Shown in pieces: positions 1-12,915 of a stretch of 64,000 nucleotides of DNA. Source of the DNA: Octopus vulgaris (Eukaryota); NCBI GenBank assembly GCA_951406725.2, contig OX597823.1:73036001-73100000 (forward strand). The letters run 5' to 3'. How positions within the stretch are numbered: the stretch's first letter is position 1; each line of letters opens with the position of its first letter. The notes below the pieces were generated by a model. The model saw nothing but the letters and a program-made list of their open reading frames with translations. It searched no databases and had not been told where the DNA came from. A program made the position numbers and the translations under genes.

Positions 1-1224
1 AAATAAATTATGATGGTAATCGCTGGACAAGATCTGATAGAATAGAGGGTTTAGATATAAAAATGGGGTTCAGAAAGAACAGTATATAGAGTTACATAGC
101 CTGGGCTCAAACAAAAGAATTTACATATATAGGTGAAGTTTCAAAACGCGATGGTATAACTGCATTTCAGCATTTCAAAGACAAAAAGTGCAACACATCT
201 CTCGACAACCCACCGAAAACAAAAGGCAACGCAACATCTGGTCAGTGACAAAAACTACGAACCCGTACAATACAAACACAAGAATATGCAATAAGACCGT
301 GTGTGTCTTACTGTACGAGAATGAATGGACTATCAGACACTCTGAGAATATTATGAGGAATAACCATATACTTAGCAAAACTCTCAAGGAATTCTTGAGA
401 ATATATTTAACACAGGATCTTTAATTAGATTATTAACATAAGTGAATAACATATCCCTGAATCCTTCTATAACCAGATGGGTTTCATATATCAACGTCAC
501 TATTTCTGTAGGGATTTATATTAACATATGCGGAAATACCCGTGTTTATCTATGATTGTTGAATTATCTTTCAACAATATGGTAAATTTTCATTTTTAAT
601 TTTAGCTTGTATATTATTGATTATCGTATTGATGATATATGTAACGTATATATGCATATATGTGTGTATTTGTGTGTACGTGTGTGTGTATGCGTGTGTG
701 TATGCATGCATGTATGTATGTACGTATGTATGTAGATGGAAGTGTGTGTGCTTGCATTTATGAATATAAAAGAATGGAAAGTGATTGCTTGTTCCTTAAC
801 CATTCAAAATTTTAATTACTAGCTTTATTTATCAGCTTATTTCATCAATAGACACACTTCGTCGTAGTGGGTGAACAAGATAGACATAATTGCCCGCAAG
901 CCCCTTGTATATCAGTTAGAGGCGAACTTTTGAACTTTTGTGGTCAGACGACCTAATGACCTTAGGAGAGTCACTAGTTAATAAGACATAAGGATCTGCA
1001 GACACAAATTATGTTAAATTATTGGTTTATCTAGGTTTTGATACCTTTTCCTTCCACTTTTGTTCTTTTTGCACCGCATTGCTTGACGTGTTTGGATTGT
1101 GGGTTTATGATGTGAGGGTATTTGGTTTCGTTTTAACTAATATCTAATAATGGAGTGATAATAATAGCATGAACGTGGGATATATATTCTGTGAAATAAG
1201 GCTTAATTCATTAAATATTTGTAC

Positions 1225-1356
1225 ATGCACCTGAAGAATCAGCTCTTACCAATATTTTTGAAATAACAACGATACGATCTATTATTTCATATATCATACA
1301 AAAATATTTCGGCAATGATCGTCTGTTAAAGTGAAGATGAAACAATTGTAGCGTTA
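1225..1356 (+). ncRNA. Type I hammerhead ribozyme motif with long helix II (slightly decayed)
   Basis: CTGAAGA at 1231-1237; helix II closed by ATC/GAT and extended by AATATTTTTG/CAAAAATATT; GAAA at 1339-1342; palindromic helix III ACAATTGT; GUA cleavage triplet ending at 1350; helix I GCAC/GCGT has one mismatch. Confidence 0.6.
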
Positions 1357-2015
1357 TGCAATAAAAACGTTTTGCTCAATATTTTATAGATAGTCATGTA
1401 TATATTCAATGGATATTCACAGATTCCTAAAATATCTTCAATAATAAGATTGGTACTTCACTGTGTGTGTGTGTGTGTGTTGGATTGTAAATATATACAC
1501 AAGAAAATATGTATGTTCAAATATCAATAATAGAGCCTTTCATAGCTCAACTCAACATACAATTAACATGTATTTCAACTTTATCGGGCACGTTGAATTA
1601 TACAGTAAATGTTGCCAAGTCAGAAACCTTCTTTAGTAAAGCCCCCTCAATATTGTTTATTCACCCAAAGCACTGCTAAAATATTTGGCACAAAATAGTG
1701 AAAACTATTTCCTTAATGTTCAGTCAAACGGATCTAATATTCTAACACATTGCAATTAATCATTTCACCTTGATGACAACATGTAGGAAAACTGAAATTT
1801 CATCCTCTCCCTTCTCAACACTTACCTAAGCATGGCTAAAATGCCGCGTCTTCTCTTTAAATTGACCAGACAAAAGCCAATACGAATAACTCCGAATAAT
1901 ATCGGATAAATGGCTTTCGAGGCTAGCGTTTAATATCGAACAGATATAAATATATAGAAGCAAAAGTGTGTGCATACATACGTGCATACACACACTCATT
2001 ATTCATACACGAAAA

Positions 2016-2059
<44 letters not shown>

Positions 2060-3410
2060 ATGCACTTACACACCAACCTCACGTACATACCCACTTACTC
2101 AAACGTCACACACAAACACGCTTTATGTCAGGAAACATTAACTACATTGCTACGTTTGCTCAGTTTTCATTTATGATCTGTAGACAGCAATTACATAAAT
2201 TTGTGTCGAGATTAATCTAACATTGAACGTGGAACGTATATGGTGATATATTTAGAATACATGTGGATATAGACAGAAATAATACACATCAAAGAGAATC
2301 AAACATATCCAGGTACTCAGATTCATTATGTATCATTTCTCACCTTACACACACACATATATGTATATATGCATATACATATAGTTTCAGTACGTACACA
2401 CCAACTTTTCATTCGGTGTACGATAAATACACAAAACAGCAATCGTAATTTTCAAAATATATCATTCAGAAACTACATACGTTCGCTCTTTCCGACATCA
2501 AGATTGGCGAATTCATTCACGCGAACTGAATAAATTCACAAATATTGGAATCGGAAATACATTCGATCAATAGAAACATTTCGCAATTGGTTAAATAAAC
2601 AAAAGAACTCTCATAACGACGTAAAAACAAAAATACGTATGTGCATGTATGCTATTACTCTACTGTGCATATGTATGTCTATAAAAGGGGAGTAAATCAT
2701 GAGCGACTAGTTCGCAGAGCGCAAAAAAATGATTTTGACATCTACTAGTATATAATTAATATCATAAAATCGGTATATTTATACATTTATACTTGCATAC
2801 ATACGTACATGCATTCATACGCGTATGCATAACTGCATATATACAAACATTTATATTCATACACACATGCATACGTGTACCGTAGAAGAATTGGAAATGA
2901 AAAGTTATACAAATGATACACTGTACAAAATACAAACACACACAGGCTAATGAATGTATTGCAGAATTGTATTAACGGTCGATCACATTAGAAGTGACAG
3001 TTTTACCGTCAATCGGTTCATTGCCTGATGAACTTGAGGTGGCTTAATATCATTATATGCTTAACCGATTGGCTGTGAAACAGGCCGGTATAATGTGAAT
3101 CAGATAATCCAGCATCTGAATAAAACTAAACATACACACACACACACTTTATATATATATATATACGTAAGTGTTTCTGTTGATCTCTGTATTACTTTAA
3201 ATATCTTTGCATGCATGCGTGCCAAAATTGTGTTTTTGTGAGTATATGTTTCTGTATAGGAATGTGCTCTTGGCGCATGCACCAACAACAATCTATGTAG
3301 GTCAATAAAAGCGTGTGTATATTAATATGCACATACATAATACGAAATAAACACACAGAAACACACGCACAAATATTGATACATTTATATATTGATATAT
3401 TTATAATCGA

Positions 3411-3640
3411 GGGCGGCGAGCTGGCAGAAACGTTAGCACGCCGGGCGAAATGCGTAGCCGTATTTCGTCTGCCGTTCTGAGTTCAAATTCTGCCGAGGTC
3501 GATTTTTGCATTTCATCCTTTCGGGGTCGATAAATTAAGTACCAGTTACGCACTGGGGTCGATGTAATCGACTTAATCCCTTTGTCTGTCCTTGTTTGTC
3601 CCCTCTGTGTTTAGGCCGTTGTGGGCAATTAAGAAATAGA
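3411..3640 (+). mobile_element. tRNA-derived SINE, family A
   Basis: A-box-like GCTGGCAGAAACG and B-box-like GAGTTCAAATTC, central TTTCATCCTTTCGGGGTCGATAAATTAAGTACCAG; near-identical to copies at 23.6 kb (-) and 62.7 kb (+). Confidence 0.85.
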
Positions 3641-3904
3641 TATATTTATAATCAATATATATGTGTGTGAGCTGAAATAATAGAAGTTACTTATGAGCAT
3701 TGAATTCTATCATGCATTGCCCCAAAATACATTGAGAGTTTTTTCATTTGAAAATACCTCAGCGGCACTCTTACTGAGCCTTGAAAAAAATTTGGGAAGG
3801 AACGATTTAATAGTTGCCCAGTGCATTTTGCGAATAACCTCAGGGGAATATAATGGGTTGCATCTACAAAAAACTATAAATAATATGTATGTATGTTTGT
3901 TATA

Positions 3905-4350
3905 TAGAGGTCGCGTAAGATTTTTTAGGACAAATTTCTTTTTAGAGAAAAGCTTACAAATAATAATAGAAAAGAAATTTATTAATGAAAGTATTTGTAC
4001 TATAAACTAGATTATAGTTTTTATATAGTCTTATTCAAAGCAACCATTCCTGCATTAATAACTGCTACCATGCGAGATTTGAATCTTCATGCCCGAAGCT
4101 CCTGCTTCACATCGGATATAACTTTGGCTATGGTAGGTTTCATAGTATCCTTAGTCTTATGGGGATGTTGGTTGACCTCTCAGCAATGCTCCACACATGG
4201 ATTGTGATCTGATGAGTTTGGAAATCAAAAGCTAGGTTTTTATGTGTTCGTGAAAATTGTCAGTCAACCATTTTTGAGTTGATTGAGGCTAATGTGATGA
4301 GGCAGAGTCCTGTTCAAACACGTACGGCTGGTTGTTGCTGGCTTTTTCGG
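3905..4350 (-). mobile_element. Tc1/mariner-superfamily transposase remnant (C-terminal part)
   Basis: Minus strand gives YVFEQDSASSH (FQQDxAPxH-like) and PNSSDHNP (PxSPDxNP-like) with stops and frameshifts. Confidence 0.55.
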
Positions 4351-5341
4351 CGTAAGCTTGCATGTTATGGTAAATAGTACATCTGTACGTGTCAACGAGT
4401 GAGTTGCAATGGTATCTGATAGGCTATGTGGTGTTTAAGTAAGCAGATGTCCTGTAGACTTTCAGTTATACGATTCGCTAACGTCCGTTACGATTTGTTA
4501 ACATCTTCAAAGTATCGGAGACTGCAGAACAGACATTTAAGACAGTAAATAATATCAACAGCGGTACAGGTGAATTAGCTAGGAGCAAGGAAGGTGCGGT
4601 AGGTGAGTTCAAAGAGGACAGCAAGTAAAGAAGTGCGTCGTTATGGAATATGTGAGCGGTAACAGACTAAGTGAAGCCGTCAGTGATTGCTTAGGATGAA
4701 CCATTGAAAATATAAGAGGTTTGTGTGGAAGTCGAGGGAGTGCGCTAACGGATAAAGCCACGGAACGGTGTTGCTTGGAGGTGGGAGGAATGTGAGTGCG
4801 GTGGTAGACGTTGTTGACGATAGCTACGACTAGACAAAATGGAAGGCAGCGAGTGAAGTTGTGTGTGAATGGCGATATAGGGAGACAGAATATTTTGCGG
4901 ATACACGCTCACACCCTGACATACACCCCGCCCCTTTCATATACACATTGCACTCATACATTTTAAGCATCAAATTTTGACACAGGTGTTGATGGATATT
5001 TGCTAAGCACTTTCCGGTATGATATTTTTATGATTTTCCTGTATGTAAAACATAGAAGAATGTAAATAGAAGAGATCATTGACATTCTCAATGACAGCAA
5101 CGTTGGATTTTACCGCAAGGAATTCTTGCAAGGCTTCTCTTGATAAATACAGAATATAATGCTAGAATGTAAAACAAAAGCTGCAAATGAAAGTTTATAA
5201 GCATTTGGTTCAATAATATCTATGTGTATATATTCACACAGAAATACAAGCACACGCAGATGAACCGATGCATACAACCGTATATTACATGCATACGCTT
5301 CTCACACAAATCTATCTATTTAGTTATAAGCTTATCTCTTA

Positions 5342-5935
5342 TACAGGATGTTCGTGCTAAATTTGAGGATTTTTAGGTCTTCTATTTTACAGAAATTGCT
5401 TGATGTATCGGTGAACAACCAACGGCGTTGGAAAGCATAACGTTTACAATTGTAGGTGAGAAAAAGTTTGCTGATACGGAAGACGGGACGTCATCTGAAT
5501 ATCGGAAAGAAGTTACCTGTTTCATGTTGATTTGTATCGGAAACCAAAATACCGATATCATGCCTGCTGTTCAAGGCTCTAGGAACGCTGTAAACGCTGC
5601 AAGATGTGAGATGGACATCGGGAAATCCAAGTTCCCTCAAATTGTGATTGTCTTTGGGTGTGTATCTGGTGAAGACGACTTCATTGTGTCCCACATCTTA
5701 GGACAGGAACTCAGGATCAGTTTAAACAGCTATATGAAGCTGTTGGAGTCGGTTTCCAAACCCTGCCGCTGGAAAGTCATATGTGCGGCAGTAGAATTGG
5801 GTTCCTTACCATACCACCCGAGAGAGCAGAAATTGTTTTCAAAGAATTTTTATAACTTCAACAGCTTCAATTTCTGGCTTCGCAATACCCTCGATTGTAA
5901 TCCCATGGATTGCAATTCGGGAAATTTGGAGGCCA
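5342..5935 (+). mobile_element. Tc1/mariner (DD37D/maT-like) transposase remnant
   Basis: ORF 5428..6018 contains KFPQIVIVFGCVS, YMKLLESVSKP and FWLRNTLDCNPMD (WPxxSPDxNPxD-like); begins with TACAGG, a TIR-like start. Confidence 0.6.
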
Positions 5936-6064
5936 GAAATTGTACTTGTTCTCCACAGGTTTGTGTATTATGTTGTACTTCTAAAATATTACTTTATCTT
6001 CTTATTATAAGTACGTAACCGGTTATATTACACTAATACATACAAAGAGACATATATATGCGTA

Positions 6065-6282
6065 TGCGAGTGTGTGGCTTTGTGTCTGCTTGTTCACAAC
6101 CACAGCTTGAAACCTGGCACTGGTCTATTTAATTCCTGGTAATTTAGCCGCTCGGTAACACGGACCGATGAATAAGTTCTAGGCTTAAAACTATACTGGG
6201 TCGCTACTTTCAACTAAATCTTCTTCAAGAGGCAGTGCTCAAGCATGACCGCATAACGATGACTGAAAAAGTAAACGATAAA
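6065..6282 (+). mobile_element. SINE family B, 3' half (decayed)
   Basis: Ends in GGCAGTGCTCAAGCATGACCGCA...GACTGAAA, matching the family B tail. Confidence 0.6.
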
Positions 6283-6318
6283 ATATATATATGAATATGG
6301 TATGTCATCTGTTTTTGT

Positions 6319-6402
6319 TTTCCTCTGACGAAGGTGTAATTATCGTAATTTACCCTCGTGCATTAAATACGGTAATGAACCCCTGAAATGTCCATAGGGG
6401 AT
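6319..6402 (+). ncRNA. Type I hammerhead ribozyme motif
   Basis: CTGACGA at 6325-6331; helix II AGG/CCT; GAAA at 6385-6388; near-palindromic helix III ATGTCCAT; AUA site ending at 6396; helix I TTCCT/GGGGA with G-U pairs. Confidence 0.6.
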
Positions 6403-7889
6403 GTAAATATGGTTTCTTCTTTTTTGCTTGGACACTGGCTTTTCATAATAGGTTTTCCCCTTATCTTAAAAAGTAATTTTTAATCAGAACATTTCTAAAC
6501 GATGAACTTTTATCTTACCTTATATATTATATATTTATATGTTTCCTATATATATATATGTATTTTTATATATTTATATATTTCTTTATATTTTTTATAT
6601 ATTTATTATTCTAGAGGTTATAATGTTAATTTTGTTAGTCGCTAAAGTATTAATTATTAATTCTTAATCGAGATAGACTGTACTCACACATTTCTCTTAT
6701 ATGCTTGTATAAATGAATTATGTTTCATCTTCTGTGATTTGATGCATCTATATTCTATGTGTAAGAAAAAGCATTATGTGATTAAATGTTCGAGATGTGA
6801 TATGTTACGTTGATGATCTTATATTTGTTTTATCTGCAACCATAGTTTACTATTTTTGTCTCATTTACTTGAGCACTTCTATAGCAGTCCTATTTAACAT
6901 TTTGTTCCTGATAAGAAACAATCACTTTATTATTTATATATAATGTACAGAAAACGAAAGACAAAGACAGGTGAGGGAACAACAAGCTGGCATATTAGTT
7001 TTGCCCTTCTGAGAATTTTGTGCTTAAGGTGACTTGGCACCAAATCTTAGATTCATTCCGTTGGTGCATTGTTAGTTCTATCAAGAAATGTGAAGAATGT
7101 AGTATAATTTTTACATAATTGCAATCCATTGCTTTACATTTTACTTTTTCATTGAGAACTGTGCTTGTCTCTCGTTTTTTATTCAAGAACTTTACAATAT
7201 TTTTTGTCATGAATTTTATCGAAGTGTGTATACGTGCACACATCTTCCTATTTGCTATTTTTATAAACGTCAATTAGTATTTGGAACTATGTAAACATAT
7301 ATGAATGTGTCTGCTGAGAAAATATAAAGCAGAATTGATTTAGGCGTTTGTGATATTTTCATGTGTGACAATGGAAGCTGTCCTTTCTGTCGAATCCCTG
7401 GCTCAAATATTGAAAAGAATCTTATTATAAACCGTTCCTTTCCTTCGTTTCGAGGAACGCTGCATTTTTTGGAAATGTTCATGGATTATCGCTATTGTTG
7501 AAAATCGAATTCCAGACTGAATCCCCACCCCTTTCTTTTCAGTTAAAAAAGTGTTTAAAAATAGAATCAGGATATTGATTTTATCAACATTCCTGAGATA
7601 TTCAGAACAAAATATTTTTACGTCTTAAATGTGAAACGAACATAAAAAAAATATTCCTGAAATTTTTTTTAATGAATTATTTCGAGAATCTCGAATAAAA
7701 TATTAAAAAACGAAACTCAAATTGATATTTTAAATATTTCTTTCAAATTAGCATAATGAAGGAAACGGATTTGATATTTTTATTTTCATTCTTCCTATAT
7801 TTGTCATATTTTATGAGAATAATTTTCAAGTTAATATTTATAAGACATCTTACGTTCCAGAAGAGATTTTTCCCAACGATTTGCTCTCT

Positions 7890-8076
7890 TTTTTCACTCT
7901 TTCCCTTGTTTCAGTCATTTGACTGTGGCCAGGCTGGAGCACCGCCTTTAGTCGAGCAAATCGATCCCAGGACTTATTCTTTGCAAGCCTAGTACTTATT
8001 CTATCGGTCCCTTTTGCCGAACCAGCATCAGTTGTCAAATGATGTTGGGGGGACAAACAGAGACACACACACACAC

Positions 8077-8127
<51 letters not shown>

Positions 8128-8293
8128 TACGACGGGCTTCTTTCAGTTGCCGTCTACCAAATCCACTCATATCGTTTTGGTCAGCCCGAAGCTATAGTAG
8201 AAGACACTTGCCCAAGGTGCCATGCAGTGGGACTGAACCCGGGACCATGTGGTTGGTAAGCAAGCTACTTACCACACAGCCACTCCTACGCCT
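7890..8293 (-). mobile_element. tRNA-derived CORE-like SINE, family B, with internal (TA)n/(CA)n tract
   Basis: Reverse complement of the 31175-31582 copy: tRNA-like head, ACCTTGGGCAAGTG core-like motif, internal microsatellite, stem-loop tail. Confidence 0.85.
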
Positions 8294-8809
8294 GCTTTAT
8301 ATGAATTTTGACAAAAATTATCACTTTGGGGAATCATGTACTAGGCTTACAAAGATTATTACAAAGAATAAAAATGACACACTACTAACTAGACGAGAGT
8401 ATTCCACGAAGTCTCAGGCGGTATGAGGTGTCAACAATAGTGAATTACTCCTGCATCAATATATAAAGAATTTATAAAATGCATAAAGTAATAAAGAAGG
8501 AAATATAGCCTAGGGTACAATAACAATATAAGAACGTCATATTTAGCCGTTTCATAAGTAAATAATTTCCAGTAGTCCTATTAACGGGTATCCTACTGGA
8601 GATATCTCCTAGAATTTCATTTGCATAGAACCAATTAGGCAAAGTTGCAATATATGTTATTTAAACGATGTTAAAGATAAATTATCTTTTCAAATATTGG
8701 AGTCAGTGTAGTATTATTAATATTAGAAAATCTAATTAAATGACTCACACAATTCAGTCAAGTCATCAAGTCTCTAAACGATATAAATCCTTACTGTAGT
8801 TGGACGAAA

Positions 8810-9160
8810 TATATTAGGTTGGAAAGAAAACCCTTTTGCAGTTTGGATATGGTCACCTTCAGCGTATTTTTCGAATAGTTACGGTAAATGAGCATATCAT
8901 TTTAAATCCCATCCTTTTTTCATTCTTTGCAGATAACTTTATACAAAAGTGGTTAGATTTGTATCGATTTTAATCTTTCACAAAGAAAAAAAAATATTTC
9001 ATGCAGTATGAATTCAAGAGGAACACTTCAAAATTGGAAGTAGCAAGAAATATTTATTCAGTCTTTGTAAATATTAAGGAAGCTTTAACTGTCCGAATAT
9101 GACAATGATCAGGGAATTTTTTCTCTCGCACTTCGCACTCGATCGAGACGACCACATACT
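8810..9160 (+). mobile_element. mariner 5' remnant nested in the TIR element
   Basis: TATTAGGTTGG TIR-like start and decayed N-terminal coding sequence resembling the 19.6 kb and 30.0 kb mariner pieces. Confidence 0.4.
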
Positions 9161-9344
9161 GTCAATACTAGGCTTATGGAAAATGCATTACTAATGGGAT
9201 GACCCGATATCTATATCTATATAAATATAGATACATATCTATTTCAATATGTATGTATGTATATATGTATGTATGTATGTATGTATCTATCTATCTATCT
9301 ATCTCTCTATCTATCAGTCTGTATGTCTTTCTATATAAAAAGCC

Positions 9345-9500
9345 TATACAGGCTCACGGGACCGGTTTCCCGATTTCAATGGCGTATGTTTTCCCAGCTG
9401 GATGGGACGCCAGTCCATCGCAGCGTTACTAATTTTTGCCTGCTGAGTGGACTGGAGCAACGTGAAATGAAGTGTTTTGCTCAAGAACACAACGCGTCAC
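9345..9500 (-). mobile_element. CORE-like SINE fragment (third family)
   Basis: Minus strand GTTCTTGAGCAAAACACTTCATTTCACGTTGCTCCAGTCCACTCAGC resembles a CORE-SINE body. Confidence 0.55.
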
Positions 9501-9504
9501 GGTA

Positions 9505-9812
9505 CGCGTGCGGTACGAAAATTTGCTTGCCAACCACATGGTTCGGGGTTCAGTCCCACTGCATGGCACCTTGGGAAATCGACTTCTATTATAGCCGTTT
9601 GCCGACCAAAGCGTTATGAGTGGATTTGGTAGACGGAAACTGAAAGAAGCCCGTCGTATATATGTTTATATATGTATATATCTTTGTGTGTCTGTTTGTC
9701 CCCCGTCATCGCCTGACAATTGATGTTGGTGTGTTTACGTACCCGTAACTTAGTGTTTTGACAAAAGGGACCGATAATTTCGTTCTGAAACAAAGAGTAA
9801 AAGAATAAAAGA
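9505..9812 (+). mobile_element. SINE family B copy (internally deleted)
   Basis: GGTTCAGTCCCACTGCATGGCACCTTGGG...GGAAACTGAAAGAAGCCCGTCG, as in the other copies. Confidence 0.8.
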
Positions 9813-12717
9813 ATATGTAAGAGAATTTTATTTTCAGTTTAACAGGTTTCTTCATACAGTTATTTATCATGAAGAATTTCCAGATAGATATTGATATTGA
9901 CTATAGGAGATTTATGGTCTAGGCAGAGTTATAGATTGCCTTTTTTCTCCACTTCCATACATTGGTTATACATCCCATCATTCATTGCAAAACAGGACGT
10001 CATTTTAGTATAGATACACTTTCAATTAAGAACGCGAAACGTATCCCTGCTTGAACTCTACAGACATTGTACATATTAATTATCTAGAATGTACACATCA
10101 TATTTATAGCCGCTACATTGTCATAGCTGACTTATCATTTGATAGGACTACTGGAAATTATTTACTTATGAAACGGCTAAATATGGCGTTCTTATATTGT
10201 TATTGTACCCTAGGCTATATTTCCTTCTTTATTACTTTATGCATTTTATAAATTCTTTATATATTGGTGCAGGAGTAATTCAATATTGCTGACACCTCAT
10301 ACCGCCTGAGACTTCGTGGAATACTCTCGTCTAGTTCGTAGTGTGTCATTTGTAATTCAAATTCCTGTCGAATCCTGTCGATTTCTACAGGAATAAATGC
10401 TATTGAAGAAAACTTCTACAGTTATATGATAAAAGCCATGTCTATTCCCCTATCAGATGTTGTGAACTTATTCACTCAGTTCTTTATTAACTTAAAAGTG
10501 TGTGTATGTATGTGCATGTGTGAAGCAAGCTAATTTATCCAATGTCATTACACGGTCTTGTATATCTTTATAAATAGTGTAATTACAATGTTTCAACTGC
10601 AAAGAAACTTCATAGTAATATCAGTAGAAATAGCCGAGAGAATTCACTGTGGCTATATTCTTCTTCGGATATAATGAGTCGTGAAAAACAGGTCATCAGC
10701 AGGTTTATTTTCATTCTATGTAAACTGAAAAAGATTTGTGATGATAAAAGTGTTGATCAACTAAGCATTTTATCATGTTTTATGAATACAAATTTATATG
10801 GTTTTCCATATAGAATGACCTCCATAAAATGTAATATATGCTTAGTTGATAAACACTAACCACCAGAGAATTTACCATATGTCTCGTGTACATGAAACAG
10901 ATGTTTACCAAAAAATCTAATAAGGTATCGGAAAACTTTTACCTTAATAATTCTCTCATACTTTCCTGGATTTCATAAGTTATAATAGTAGCAACAAGGT
11001 ATTTAAAATAAATTGGTAAACTTAAATGACTACATCTATGCTTTCTTGATTTTAGATTAAAAAAAAAAGCAAATTATTTAATTGTCTTTCACATAAGCTG
11101 CCAAATTTGGAATGAACATTAGTGAAAATATGTTTCCAGCTCCGCACTACTTCACATTGCAGAAATGGTCATCAACATAAACAGTAAAGGGAAACCTTCA
11201 AGAAGGTGATGACTCAGAAATGAAACTATTTCTGTTGTACAACTTAAGCTATTGTTATTTGCCAGTTGAGAAAAACTTCTGCTGATGTCAAATAAAATGT
11301 GGCATTTTACATTATCTGTAATAATTAAGAAACCAAAAGTGTATTTTTCATGAATTGGAGATACAAAATATGAGTTACGGAGACAACTTGTATTGTGGGT
11401 GTGGAATGTAGAGTTAGAAAAGAAATATATATGAAAACGTGTGGCATAGAGTTATTTCATAGCTATCTTCAGAAAATGTATAGAATATATTTTTGCCAAA
11501 ATCTAAGAGTCATTTTCGTTTCTGTAGCTGAGAGTCTTTCAGGTTAGGGGTGGGGTTTAAACCATCCTGCTTGCAGTAGTTAATATCTTTCGTCAAATGT
11601 GTAGGCGGAATGATGACATTACTGAAGCACCCGATGTAAAAATTGAATTCAAATCTTGTGTCACTAGATAAAACAGGTATGAATAGAAGCCGTGCAATAG
11701 ATTGATTTGAGATGTTTGACTTGAATTGGATTGCATGGTAGAAAATCTGATTAAGCTGCATACGACAAAGTTAATGCTACAAACAATTTAGGCTTAACAG
11801 AATATGTAAAGCCATTTAGTCAACGTTTTGTTATCAAATTAATGAGTACTATTTATGTTTTGAAATAGACTTAAGTAATATCGTTCTCTTCACATAGCTA
11901 TTTCACTTACGTATGAAATTATTTCTAATGATTCTGTAGCCATGTATATTTTAATCTCAAAGTTAGATAACGATATTGCATTCGCGCTTCACGAGGAAAA
12001 ATAATTAATACAAATAAAAAGCAAGAAAATTATAAATTAAATTAAATATATAAAGAAATTAAAGAATAAGAAATTAAAAATGTAAAGAAAGAACAGAATA
12101 TACACAAAAATCCATATTCCCTGTAAAATCCATTAAAAGCAGAGAACAATTAAATTTTAATACTGAAGAGTAACTGATCATTTTTTTCCGATTCTCCTTA
12201 TTCAATTACCCATGACAATAAGAACGTTCACACAACGTTCATAATTTCTCATCGATCATTAGATAACGAAGGGTTTTAAAATAAATAAATGATATTTTTT
12301 GAATTTTTTTAATGAATCATTGTTGACACACTAGAATGTTGTGAAACACATTTATCATCTCATGGAATAGGCAAGGAACGGCTGAGGTTACGATCTAAGG
12401 AAATAATACCTTATCCAAGATTATATAAGGTTATACTCGTTTCCTCTGGCTTTAGTGTTCAAATTTCGGCACTGTCAAGTGGCTACACGTGGAATTCATG
12501 GTAACAATGCGTAAAATAGCATTAATATCAGCAGAATCGGGAAAAGGCTAGTGAGTTAGCATAGACAAAAGATCCCCAAACAAAATGTCTTCCACAATCT
12601 TCATTTGACTCCACATGACGCTCTACCTTCAAATCTCCTTAGTGACTTGCTACAATATAGGCATACACTATAGCGCGGCACGCGTGTAAGAAATGCCAGA
12701 TCCGTAATCTACTATCC

Positions 12718-12915
12718 CATGCATGTTTACACTATGAATATTTATTATATATTAATTAAACGCCCGAAAGACCTAACAGTTTTAAACGTACTGCGTATTT
12801 ATTCTGTGAAATGTTTGTCCATTTTTCATTTTTTTCTTTTTTAGCATTCTAATCACTGTTAATATACAGGATTCTGAAAGTCAAATAGCATCCACGTATG
12901 AAGACTTATTCTTAG
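12718..12915 (+). repeat. Unclassified ~200-bp dispersed repeat, copy 1
   Basis: Aligns by eye with 21175-21365 (CATGCAT.TTTACACTA.GAATATTTATTATA...GCCCGAAAGACCTA...GACTTATT). Confidence 0.75.

Larger units (their letters stand above)
8366..10358. mobile_element. Non-autonomous element with ~217-bp terminal inverted repeats
   Basis: 8366-8582 is the near-perfect reverse complement of 10142-10358; the interior carries nested mariner and SINE pieces. Confidence 0.75.

Noticed and set aside
3411-3500. tRNA gene
   Set aside because: The A/B boxes belong to a multi-copy SINE head; no cloverleaf.
11520-11685. Possible host exon (TTTCTGTAG acceptor, CAG/GTATGA donor)
   Set aside because: Every frame tried contains stops.
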